Source of the DNA: a virus
Length of the DNA: 64,000 bases
Strand: one strand, 5' to 3'
Virus record (IMG/VR): IMGVR_UViG_3300046506_000220
Coordinates: 18,833 to 82,832 of that record
The position numbers and the translations under genes were made by a program. Under the pieces are notes generated by a model that worked only from the letters and a program-made list of their open reading frames with translations, ran no database searches and was not told the origin of the DNA. Below, piece by piece: positions 48,247 to 57,600 of the stretch (positions are counted from its first letter, which is position 1; each line of letters opens with the position of its first letter).

Positions 48247-48957
48247 TTACAGGGTAATCACGTCCCGTTCGCCCCAATATTGTGCTTCAGCCTGTTCTTT
48301 CGCCGCGGCATTATCGGAATCGCGCTTCATTGCGGCAACATTTGCAGCGCATTCAATCGCGACTTCCATGTGATAGTCGTCCCAGGTCTCAACGCGCCAC
48401 AGTGAGTCCTGTAATGCGGGATCGCTTTCCACCAGCTGGCCGTCCTCGTCCTCAACCATCAGCGTCACGATCACACCGACGTAGCGCCAGTCGTCATTGC
48501 ACCAGCCGCGCAGGAACTCATAGTCGCGGCGCACGGCTTCCTCGCGGATCTCGCCGGCCGTGAGCGGCAGCCTGGCCGGGTCGCGACCGGGAATCTGTAC
48601 CTTTACCTGCCAGCGCGTCTCTACACCGCTCGGGCTCGTGCTGCTGGTCCACTCCCAGCGATAGCGCGGCCGGCACAGCCGCTCAAGCAGTTCGGCCTTG
48701 TGCTCGTCACACAGGCCCCAGCCGTCGCGCTTCGCGATCGCCGTGCTCGCCTGTACGTCGTAGTAGCGTTTGCTGCCACGATCCGAGCACAGCACGCGCT
48801 CGCCAGGGCACTTGTCACGGCGGGTCCAGTCAGAGACCACGCCGTGGCCATCGCACTCCTCCCACGGCGGGCCGCTATCGGTGTCGTCCTCGAACTCGAC
48901 CCTGAAGGTGAGGCCCTCGTGCCCGAAGGTGTCGCCGTGATACAGATTGTTCTTCAT
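48247..48957 (-). CDS. Hypothetical early phage protein
   Basis: AGGAG RBS. PPWEECDGHGVVS..WCNDDWRYVGVIV..DSLW. Confidence 0.7.
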   Translation of the reverse strand: MKNNLYHGDTFGHEGLTFRVEFEDDTDSGPPWEECDGHGVVSDWTRRDKCPGERVLCSDRGSKRYYDVQASTAIAKRDGWGLCDEHKAELLERLCRPRYRWEWTSSTSPSGVETRWQVKVQIPGRDPARLPLTAGEIREEAVRRDYEFLRGWCNDDWRYVGVIVTLMVEDEDGQLVESDPALQDSLWRVETWDDYHMEVAIECAANVAAMKRDSDNAAAKEQAEAQYWGERDVITL

Positions 48958-48975
48958 GAAAGTCTCCTGGCCATG

Positions 48976-48998
48976 AAAAAGCCGCCTTGCGGCGGCTG
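48976..48998 (-). terminator. Rho-independent terminator
   Basis: Minus strand AGCCGCC-GCAA-GGCGGCT-TTTT. Confidence 0.8.
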
Positions 48999-49027
48999 TT
49001 GTGGTGGCTGTTGTGGTGGCTGTCTGG

Positions 49028-49444
49028 TTATTCGGTCGAGGGCTGGAATCTTGGCCCGCTCATGTTGATGTCGATCCGGTAGATAGGGAACCTCGTCGGT
49101 ATGGTCACGGCGGCCGACAGTCGTGAGGACGCGGTCGCGAGGTACTTCGGCTCGACCATCAGCAGGTGCTCCCCTTTCGGCAGATAAAGATCGACGGCAT
49201 CACTGGTGCCCAGCTCTGCGGTTCTCTCCCCATCCACATCCAGGAACAGATGCACACCCGAGCCGATCATCGTTCCCCCGTCGCGCACCACGGTGATTTT
49301 CTGCTTGCCCTCACCGGGTGTCGTGTGGGCGGTGGAGAAGATGCGTTCAGCGGGGACCTTGTCGGTGTCGGCCAGCGGGGTCAGCGTGGAGCCACAGCCC
49401 GCGAGCGCGGCGGTGGCAATTAAAGCGGGAAGGAAGCGATGCAT
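49028..49444 (-). CDS. Lipoprotein
   Basis: Signal peptide with lipobox LAGC. Confidence 0.8.
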   Translation of the reverse strand: MHRFLPALIATAALAGCGSTLTPLADTDKVPAERIFSTAHTTPGEGKQKITVVRDGGTMIGSGVHLFLDVDGERTAELGTSDAVDLYLPKGEHLLMVEPKYLATASSRLSAAVTIPTRFPIYRIDINMSGPRFQPSTE

Positions 49445-49476
49445 GATTACCCCCTGTCTTGTTAGTTAAAGGTGGG

Positions 49477-50259
49477 TCAGACGTTGCGGTCGAAGAAGTG
49501 ACCTTCTTCTTCGTAGAAGTCGAACTGCAGACAGCCAGTCCAGTAATGCTCCCAGTCAATGTAGCTGAACATCGGGTGATCTTCCCCGATCACGCCGGTC
49601 TCAACCGCCCACTCCTCGGCGAACGCCTTCGTGCTGTCCCACTTGCCCCGGTAGGCCTCACGGAACTTTTCAACCGTCACGTCCTTGATGTCGCCACCCT
49701 GGCAGTCGTTCACGAAGATCATGAACGCGTCGATCTCGTCGTCGCTGTTCAGCTCGCCGAGCTTCTCCTCAAGATCCGCGACCTCCGACATCGACGTGTA
49801 CTCGCCGATGAGGCCGCGCGGAAAGCCCTCGTGGTCATGAATCGCATACTCTTCGGCGCTCGGTACCTTGCCGGTACCGTGGCACCGGGCGCACAGGTCG
49901 ACGGTGACAGACTCACCATTACGGAAGGCCTGGAGCGCGTCGATCCGGGTCGGGCCGGTGTAGTTCATCGAGCCGAGGCCTTTCCCGACGATCCAGGCAC
50001 CGCTCTGGTCCATGCGGATGTCAAAGCCGGCAGTCTCTGCAGCATTCTCCAGCTGCTCTTCGAGCGTGTTCTCGCCCTCGCAGTCGGGGCACGTCACGAT
50101 GACGTTCGGGTAGGGGCTCGTGAGCAGGACTTTCTCGTTGATCTCCTTTGAGAGATCGTCTTCGTCCAGGCCTTCGGTGTCGATCCAGGCGCCATGCAGC
50201 ACGCCGTTGTTATACGACGCGAGACAGGCCACGTAAATGCGGCGGGTGGTGGTGTTCAT
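49477..50259 (-). CDS. ardA: ArdA-family antirestriction protein with internal Zn-finger insertion
   Basis: IYVACLASYNNGVLHGAWID, EEYAIHDHEGF, AYRGKW and YIDWE. Strongly acidic. Confidence 0.9.
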   Translation of the reverse strand: MNTTTRRIYVACLASYNNGVLHGAWIDTEGLDEDDLSKEINEKVLLTSPYPNVIVTCPDCEGENTLEEQLENAAETAGFDIRMDQSGAWIVGKGLGSMNYTGPTRIDALQAFRNGESVTVDLCARCHGTGKVPSAEEYAIHDHEGFPRGLIGEYTSMSEVADLEEKLGELNSDDEIDAFMIFVNDCQGGDIKDVTVEKFREAYRGKWDSTKAFAEEWAVETGVIGEDHPMFSYIDWEHYWTGCLQFDFYEEEGHFFDRNV

Positions 50260-50291
50260 GATGCCTGTTCCCTGGCAGAGGTGTAAACGAA

Positions 50292-50361
50292 AACAGCGCG
50301 TCGATGACGCGCTGTTCTGGCAGATGCGGAATCAAAAAAAGCGCGTCAATGACGCGCTTTT
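50292..50361. terminator. Two tandem near-identical hairpins AGCGCGTC(G/A)ATGACGCGCT
   Basis: About 50295-50313 and 50340-50358. The second is flanked by A7 and T4 runs. Confidence 0.65.
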
Positions 50362-50385
50362 CTATGGGTGATGCGGGCGTGAATG

Positions 50386-50616
50386 CTATGCGATTGACAC
50401 ACGATCACGTTGAGCGGGTTGCCCGGCCTCAATCTGGTCCGCTGAGACCTGCGCCTGCAGGCGCCTTTCCCGGTTCTTCAGCGCGATCACTTTCGACGAC
50501 CAGTTCTCACTGGCGCTCTGGGCGACCAGCAGTTCAAGCTGGGTCTCGCGAAGCTGGTTCCTCGCTTCCCGTTGGGGGTTTTTAAATGAAAACAGTTCGG
50601 CCAGATAACGCAACAT
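50386..50616 (-). CDS. Small hypothetical protein
   Basis: AGGGA RBS; helical. Confidence 0.6.
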   Translation of the reverse strand: MLRYLAELFSFKNPQREARNQLRETQLELLVAQSASENWSSKVIALKNRERRLQAQVSADQIEAGQPAQRDRVSIA

Positions 50617-50631
50617 GACAGATCCCTGGTA

Positions 50632-50679
50632 GTGGTGGTGGTGGTGGTGGTGGTGGTGGTGGTGGTGGTGGTGGTGGTG
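50632..50679 (+). repeat. (GTG)16 microsatellite
   Basis: 16 perfect copies counted in intergenic DNA. Confidence 0.97.
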
Positions 50680-50701
50680 AAGTCAACTAATGCGGAATGA
50701 A

Positions 50702-51049
50702 TCAGGCAGCTTTCTGTTCAGGCTCCTCGATCAGGTACTCGTCGCGATTACCCACGATCCATTGAGGCTGATGGCCACGCCCGCTCCAGGTCCTGCCGCT
50801 TTCCGGATCCCGATACTTCGGAGGGGCGACTACCTTGGCCAGCTTGACCGGGAAAGTCTTCTTCTTCGGGTCTTTCCTGGCCTTGACGATTTCGGTTTTC
50901 ACGAGGCCAATATCAGAGGCCGTCAACTGAAACTCGTTAATAAATTCCTTGACCTGCCTGATCCCCTCCGCGCGTTCAACGAGAAACGCCTCTTCGGCCT
51001 GGCGTAACAGGGCTTCAGCCTGTTTTTTCAATTCTTTATAGCTGGCCAT
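50702..51049 (-). CDS. H-NS-family nucleoid protein
   Basis: MASYKELKKQ..PPKYRDPESGRTWSGRGHQPQWI; GAGGAG RBS. Confidence 0.92.
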   Translation of the reverse strand: MASYKELKKQAEALLRQAEEAFLVERAEGIRQVKEFINEFQLTASDIGLVKTEIVKARKDPKKKTFPVKLAKVVAPPKYRDPESGRTWSGRGHQPQWIVGNRDEYLIEEPEQKAA

Positions 51050-51074
51050 TCTTTTACTCCTCTGTGTGCCCGGT

Positions 51075-51431
51075 TTATCGCACCGGAATGACGCGACGTT
51101 GAATAACATCGAGTCGGCACCATACAACGCGCCCGCGCATTTCTTCAAGCGACACAATTGGGGACACATTAGCACCTTTATTATCGGTGCCCAGAACCAG
51201 TCCCCGTCCCGCGAGTGGCTCTTCCTTAAAGTCGGGAATCGCGAACCACGCCTGTTCTAACAGATTTCCGAGTAATCCCTCTTCATCGACATAGATACAG
51301 TCCTCATTGTCCATGTAAACGACTTCAATCATCTGCACCTGCAGAAGCGCATAGATGGACTCAAGCGAACCATCCGTTTCAACTTCAGTGATCTCGCGAT
51401 TGAATGGATCAATCAGAAAAGCCTTCATCAT
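51075..51431 (-). CDS. DUF3846-like protein
   Basis: IEVVYM..IYVDEEGLL..PLAGRGLVLGTD. Confidence 0.75.
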   Translation of the reverse strand: MMKAFLIDPFNREITEVETDGSLESIYALLQVQMIEVVYMDNEDCIYVDEEGLLGNLLEQAWFAIPDFKEEPLAGRGLVLGTDNKGANVSPIVSLEEMRGRVVWCRLDVIQRRVIPVR

Positions 51432-51457
51432 TTTTTCTGTCCTTTCAGGCTAGTGCG

Positions 51458-51616
51458 TCACTTGAAGTAGTGCTGAATCATGCCCAGTGCGAGCACCGCA
51501 CCCACCGTCCACACAATTACGGTATTGCGGCTGTTGGCGATCGCCACATCGACGTGCGCCTTCAGGCGCGTTTCAAGTCCTGCGATATCCGCCTTCATGA
51601 TCGGCTCGTCACTCAT
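51458..51616 (-). CDS. Small coiled-coil plus C-terminal TM protein (DUF1640-like)
   Basis: MSDEPIMKADIAGLETRLK..IVWTVGAVLALGMIQHYFK, read from sequence (below the ORF track cutoff). Confidence 0.6.
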   Translation of the reverse strand: MSDEPIMKADIAGLETRLKAHVDVAIANSRNTVIVWTVGAVLALGMIQHYFK

Positions 51617-51843
51617 TTGAAAAAGTGGTTGATCACCCCGGACGCCGATGCGACGAGGATCACCGCCGACCAGATGTGGTTGCGCAGCCGGTGTTCGAGG
51701 ATGTTCAGGTCGCTCTTGGTGGCCACGCTATCCGACAGCGCCTCGTTGAGCGCTTCAGACAGCGCCTCGGCCGACGCCTCGGACATGTTGCCTTCGGTCA
51801 CCAGTCGCTTCACGAGCCGGTGCGTGTTGATCATGGTCGTCAT
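51613..51843 (-). CDS. DUF1640/CCDC90-like membrane-anchored protein
   Basis: NTHRLVKRL..SEASAEAL..VATKSDL..IWSAVILVA. Confidence 0.7.
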   Translation of the reverse strand: MTTMINTHRLVKRLVTEGNMSEASAEALSEALNEALSDSVATKSDLNILEHRLRNHIWSAVILVASASGVINHFFK

Positions 51844-52109
51844 TTTTTCCTCTTTTTAGGTAGCAGGTCGTTGTTGATGTCGACCTCGACCGTCGGCTCG
51901 TTTTGCCGCTCACGCACGATGGCTCCCAGCTCGTAGTCTTCAAGCCGGTCGAGCAGCGCTTCCCACGCGGCGGCCGGGATCAGGTACGCCACCGGCCTGT
52001 TGCGGTTCAGGATGGCAACGGCACACCCGTCTGCGCCGTCGATGACCGCGTTGGGGTTCGCCTTCAGCTCGGAGATGCCGACCGATTGATCCGCCAGAAT
52101 CTGTTCCAT
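51840..52109 (-). CDS. Phd/YefM-family antitoxin (no adjacent canonical toxin)
   Basis: SVGISELKANP..VAILNRNRPVAYLIP..LEDYEL. Confidence 0.9.
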   Translation of the reverse strand: MEQILADQSVGISELKANPNAVIDGADGCAVAILNRNRPVAYLIPAAAWEALLDRLEDYELGAIVRERQNEPTVEVDINNDLLPKKRKK

Positions 52110-52122
52110 ATCAGCCCCGTTT

Positions 52123-52144
52123 AAAGACCTAAGTATAGGTCTTT
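52123..52144. promoter_or_regulatory. Operator palindrome upstream of the antitoxin
   Basis: AAAGACCTA-AGTA-TAGGTCTTT. Confidence 0.7.
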
Positions 52145-52388
52145 CAGGAGGTCACTGTAAAGCCGCACTCCCTCGCCCAGTCGAGGAAGTTATTGGCCCA
52201 GCGCGTGTCGCCCAGCTCCCAGCCGCACAGCTCTTCGAGCTTCTCGTGCGGGGACATGGCCAGGATCTGCGCGTCCTGGCTGATGTCCGTCTCGTCAAGA
52301 TCGCGCCGCTGGCGCAGGTTCTGCAACAGGTCGAGTCTCATATCAAAAAATGTTCACCGTGAACTTTCTGGTTGATGCGTTCGCGTTA

Positions 52389-53069
52389 TCAGGATTGATA
52401 GACCAGCCCGTCGTCGCCGATGTAGAGGTCCCGACTACCTGCGCTATCCGCGGCGGCGGTGAGTTTCTCCCCGAGGCCTTCGGCCTCCAGCTCATCGCGG
52501 TCCCAATACCCCGCGCCGTGGCCGCAGCGCGTGAGCCAGAAGTCGTGGCCCGCGCGCCCGGGGCTGTAGCCGTTGATCTGCATCGCGGCGAGCAGCTGCG
52601 GCTCGGCGAAGTCACAGAAGTCCTTGCACTCCTCGCGGAACGCGGCGGCAGTCTCGGGGGCCAGCTCGTAGCCCTCCATCCCCTCGACCTCCTGCTCACC
52701 TTCGGGCAACGTCGGGTCGGTGCCGGTGCTCGACCAGAGCGCAGCCGTTTCGTAGCCCATCACGAATTCCTCGAACCAGCGCTCGCGCGGCGTGTCAACG
52801 ATGGTCGCGTTCGGATACTGCTCCCGGACCTGCGCGAGGGCTTCCCAGCGGTCCTTCGCGCGCAGGAAGAACTCGACATCACCGTCGGGTTCGAGCGCAC
52901 GCCAGACGGGCTCGCCCGCACCCCCCCAGTAGGCGCCGCCCTCGTCGTAGTCGCCATCGACGAACGGCAGCACGTGAACGATCAGCTTCACGGGTGTGTC
53001 GCGGTCGGTGTGATGTTCGGTGCGCCCCATCGGGGCGCCCCGAGCGCTGCTTACGTCAGAAAGTTTCAT
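52389..53069 (-). CDS. Hypothetical early phage protein (two apparent domains)
   Basis: GAPMGR..GDYDEGGAYWG, then AGHDFWLTRCGHGAGYWDR. Confidence 0.7.
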   Translation of the reverse strand: MKLSDVSSARGAPMGRTEHHTDRDTPVKLIVHVLPFVDGDYDEGGAYWGGAGEPVWRALEPDGDVEFFLRAKDRWEALAQVREQYPNATIVDTPRERWFEEFVMGYETAALWSSTGTDPTLPEGEQEVEGMEGYELAPETAAAFREECKDFCDFAEPQLLAAMQINGYSPGRAGHDFWLTRCGHGAGYWDRDELEAEGLGEKLTAAADSAGSRDLYIGDDGLVYQS

Positions 53070-53472
53070 TCGCAGGACTCCAGGTGCTTGAGCAAAGCCG
53101 CCGTCGCCCTGGCAACGCGCAGTTCAACCTGCGCATGGGCGACCTTGTCATCGGGCCTGCTCCTGATGGTGGTGAGACGAACGCAGCGCGCGGTGGCCAT
53201 CAGGCCCGCCAGGCGCATTGCTTCGTCGATCTGTTCGCGCGTCATCTATTTTCTCGCGGTGTCGGTCCAGACCCAGTCAAAGCCCCAGTGGCCCTGCGTG
53301 TTGCTCAGGATCGTGAGGACGAAGTCGTGGGATTGCAGGACAAGGGCCTGGGTGCCGTCTGCGTGTGAGGTGCGCAACACGTCGCCAGGGTGTTTCATGA
53401 CCGCCTGCTGGCGTTCGGTGCTGTCCAGAGTCGCCGCAAGCAGCGCGGCGAACAGGTTGTCGTAAAGGTAGT

Positions 53473-53844
53473 TCATTTCTTCCTCTCGTCAGGTTTCTCC
53501 CAGTCCTTCTCGGCGACTGGGTCGGTCGGGTTGTCGTAGCGCACCACAGAGCCGCGCAATGCGTCGAGCGGGTTGTCCTCCGGTTTGAGCAGGTACAGCG
53601 AGTAACGCGCGCCGGCCAGCGGACTGCCACAGCACTCGCACGGCGAGCGCGAGAATCCGTCGGTCTGCTCCCCGGCCGACAGGTGGCCACCGTCGCGGGT
53701 CAACCCGACCATGCCGTCCTCGCATTCCTTCAGACGGCGGTCGGCCTCGGCGCCCTCGTAGTGGTAGTCGAAGGACGTGGCATCGCCCGTCGCTTCGAGC
53801 ATGAAGCAGTCTTCGCAGACACTGAAGGTGTCGGTGTGAATCAT
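53473..53844 (-). CDS. Zn-finger hypothetical protein
   Basis: CEDC..FSRSPCECCGSPLAGARY. Confidence 0.6.
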   Translation of the reverse strand: MIHTDTFSVCEDCFMLEATGDATSFDYHYEGAEADRRLKECEDGMVGLTRDGGHLSAGEQTDGFSRSPCECCGSPLAGARYSLYLLKPEDNPLDALRGSVVRYDNPTDPVAEKDWEKPDERKK

Positions 53845-53868
53845 GGTGTTGCTCCCGTTACGGATGTG

Positions 53869-53884
53869 TTATATTTAAATATAA
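53869..53884. promoter_or_regulatory. pemIK operator palindrome
   Basis: Perfect palindrome TTATATTTAAATATAA just upstream of the pemI RBS. Confidence 0.75.
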
Positions 53885-53900
53885 TAAACCGGAGGTTCCT

Positions 53901-54158
53901 ATGCACACAACCAGTTTGCGCAAGGTGGGTGGCTCAATCATGCTGACCGTCCCTCCCGCGATTCTTGACCTGCTGCACCTGCAGGCCGGCTCGACCGTTG
54001 GGGTACGGGTTGAGGGCGAGCGGCTGGTGATTGAGGCGAAGCCGCACCCGCGTTATACGCTGGCCGGGTTGCTGGCCGCGTCCAACTATTCACAGCCACA
54101 GCCCCCCGAAGAACGCGAATGGGTTGATGCGCCGGCCGTGGGACGCGAGCTGCTGTGA
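53901..54158 (+). CDS. pemI: PemI/MazE (AbrB-fold) antitoxin
   Basis: MHTTSLRKVGGSIMLTVPPAILD..RYTLAGLLA..REWVDAPAVGRE. Confidence 0.92.
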   Translation: MHTTSLRKVGGSIMLTVPPAILDLLHLQAGSTVGVRVEGERLVIEAKPHPRYTLAGLLAASNYSQPQPPEEREWVDAPAVGRELL

Positions 54159-54481
54159 AGCGGGGCGATATCTATCTGGTGTCACTCGACCCGACCGAAG
54201 GGCGTGAACAGCGCGGGCACCGGCCGGTTCTGGTGGTGTCGCCCGCCGAGTTCAATGCCGCCACCAGGCTACCCGTGGTGTTGCCGATCACGAACGGCGG
54301 GGAATTTGCCCGTCGCATCGGTTTCGCGGTGCCGATCACCGGGATCAGGACCACGGGCGTGGTTCGCTGCGATCAGCCACGCGTGCTCGATCTTGATGCG
54401 CGCCACGCCCGCAAGGTCGACGCCTTGCCACCCGATCTGCTTGACGAAGTGATGGCGAGGCTCGCGCCTATTTTCGATTAA
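54155..54481 (+). CDS. pemK: PemK/MazF endoribonuclease toxin
   Basis: RGDIYLVSLDPTEGREQRGHRPVLVVS..TTGVVRCDQPR. Confidence 0.95.
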   Translation: MKRGDIYLVSLDPTEGREQRGHRPVLVVSPAEFNAATRLPVVLPITNGGEFARRIGFAVPITGIRTTGVVRCDQPRVLDLDARHARKVDALPPDLLDEVMARLAPIFD

Positions 54482-54637
54482 CGGAGGGTAAAAATGGCAG
54501 CGGCAACAAAGCGGGAAATCGACGCGCTGATCAGGCACGTGAACACCTCGACCAGAGAGGCGAATGCCGCACTCGACAGTGCGCTGGTATTCGTCGCGGA
54601 GTCCAACCAGCGCATTGCTGCGATGGAGGCCACTACG

Positions 54638-57600
54638 TCACAGCGACGGCTCCTGATCTTCCCGTACCGTGCACTGTGACATCGGCCAGGTCTCGCCGTC
54701 CTCATCGATCACCAGCGTGTCACCCTCAATGTCCTGGGTCTTCGAGTCATCCCAGTACATCTCGGTCTCGCTGGCCCAGACCGGCTCCAGCCTGCCGGCC
54801 GCGTCCAGCTCCCAGCCACTCACGTGGGCACATCCGGGGACATGCTCAAGCGTGCCGATGATCAGGTTGCCGTTTGGGGCATAGAGCTGTTTCATCCGTC
54901 CACCTCCTTATGACCGGTTTCGCCGTCAACCTCAAAGCACGGCAGGGTTTCATCGTCGACGGAGGCCTCGCCGAGAATCGGTGAGCCATCCGGCCACGCG
55001 CCGAAGTTGCAGTCGGCCGCATTGACGTGCTCGCGCAACATGTCGCGCGCCTCGTTGACGTTGCGCGCCTTGACGCGGATCGCCGCGTAGAGCTGTACGT
55101 CGAAGGCGTACTCGTGGAGCTGGTCAGTCGTCATGTCAGCCTCGCAGATGGGCGTCGAGCTTGCGCCCGATCTCGCGGGCCACCGCTCGCCAGGCACGGC
55201 CGCTGAACAGCGGCGTGTCGAGCCTGTCGGCCTCTTCGTCGCTGAGCGCGGTGAGGTGAGCGGCATGTTTTGCCAGCGCGTCCATGACGAAGACCTGGGC
55301 CAGCGCGCCGTAGTCGCTGAATTCCATGATGCCGGTGAGGCACTCGATGTTCGTCCTGCGACGAACCGGTTTTCTGTTTGCCATGCTGATCTCTCGTGGT
55401 GGTGAGATTTGAAAAGTTCACGCTGAACTTTCTAGAAGAGCTGGATTTCAGCGCCGTGCAGCTTGTGGATCAGGCACTGCCGCGTTGCCCACTGCTCGAC
55501 TTCCTCAAGCGTCTCGATCGAGCGCAGGCGTGTCTCGCGGCAGTAGTCGCGGACCACGCCGTCATCGTTCCTGATCCTGAAGATGACTTGCCAGTTGTTG
55601 TCCTTGCGCCATTCGGCGCTCAGGTCTTCGTCGGTGAAGCGACGGGTGATGACGGGAAGGCTCATGCCTGCGTCTCCGCTTCGTAGTGGCCGCGAGCGCG
55701 AGTCAGCACTTCTTCGAAGTCCATGTTGTTGCGATCGGCCCAGTGCATCAGGTTCGCGAGTAGATCACCAGGCGCGTCGCAGAGGTCGCAGCTGGTGATG
55801 TCCATGAGTCGAGCGAGCGCGGCGCTTGCCCACTCGGCGCGCTCGTCATTCCTGTTGTCGGGATCAGGTGGCAGCGACATGGTGAAATCCTTTCGGGAGT
55901 TGAATGGCAACGTTGGCTTTGTAGTGCTCTTCGACGCTCTCACGCACTTCGTCCCAATCGTCGCAATCTGGCCACGTCTGCTCGCCGCAGTCATAGAAGC
56001 TGCCTTCATCGACGGCATCGAGACTGCGAACGTGGATGTAGATGACCTCACCGTTGTCTTCAGCGCAGCGGATCTCCTCTTCGACGCTGCCCTCTTCATC
56101 GTCGCGTGCCGGCGTCGTGTAGAGCGGATACAGCTCATACGACGGTGTCAGCTCGCACGCATGCACGTGGCGCAGCGAATCGAACAGGTAGGCGCGGAAG
56201 ATCGCGCCTCCAGCCTTCTGCTGCATCTCCTCGACCCAGTGTTCGGTCTCGTTGCGCACGAATATCCTGAAATGGGTTTTCAAGTCAGTCCTCCAGCAGC
56301 ATGAAGCCGCAATAAGCCATATCGCCCACGATGATGGCCGGGTGGCCATAGCCGTCTTCGGAGCTGGTCTTTGCTTCGAGCACGCTACGTTTGTCGTCCC
56401 ACACCTCCCAGCCCGTCATCTGTTGCGCTCCGAGCCAGATGCCGAAGTCGTCGCGCAACTGCACGGTCACCGTGTGCAACCACTGGAAACTGATGACGTT
56501 CGGGATCTCCAGCCGGTTGCCGCCCGCGTTACTGGCGATTGCCTCGGACTCAGCCTCGCTGAGGTTCTCCGGATACGGGTAGGGGTACCCGTTGGTCAGG
56601 ACCAGTTTCATGACTGGGTTTTCTCCGAATAGCGGTTCATCGCGTCGATGAACCACTGCCTGAATGGCTCGCCGACTTCAGCGAGGCTGTCGTAGGCGCA
56701 CGAGAAGTCAGGGTTGGCCGACATGTAATGAAACTGCATGCCCTGCGGCCAGCTCGCGCGGTAGACGAGGTAATACGAGATGTTGCCGACCAGTTCGTTG
56801 TCGACGATCTCGTATCGCTTGCCCTTGTAGGCGCGGCGGATGTCCTCGTGGTGCTCCCACTCGTGCATGTTGCAGAGGTTGGAGCCTTCATCCTTCAGGA
56901 AGACCCAGGCTTGCACCCAGGTTCCGTTATCGGCTTCAGACGTTTGCGCGTCATCGTCGATGCGAATGTCATCGCTGGAGTCGAGTGCGTACCTGTCGCG
57001 GGCGCGCTGGATCTCTTCTCCGGTTGCGCGCTCCGTTTCGCCCTGGTGCCAGTCGGTTCCCTGCGGGATGCCCAGCGTGTCACCGCCCTTGTATTCGCCG
57101 ACGAGGATCGACACGTCATACCCGTATTTCTGCCCGTCCAGCTCATCACCATCCCGAAGGTTGCTTTCGGCAATGTTGTGAGCTTCCTGCTCGTCATCAG
57201 CAGGGATCAGCATCGAGCACCAGTCCTCACGACCGGTGTCGCGCAGCACAAGGAGGAAGAGATATTTCTTCATTTCCAGAAGTCCCTGTAACGGAGCAGC
57301 CGACGCTGCGTGTTGTTGAGTCGCCCATGGTTGCGCAGCGTCTGCCTGAGGATGTAAGTCGAGACCATGCGCTGCATGCCGACCGACGCGAGGCGACGCT
57401 TGAGATGGCGAACCTTCACGATGCGTCACCATCAACCACGATCTCGACCTTCATGTCCCACGTGCCATCCGGGTTCAGGAAGATGAAGACAGGATCATGC
57501 GTACCGTCCTGAATGACCTGCAGCTTGAGCTGGTTGCTGACTTCGTGACGCTGCGACGTGAGATCCCAGCAATACCTGGAATTGTCGTAGGCCTTCAGCA

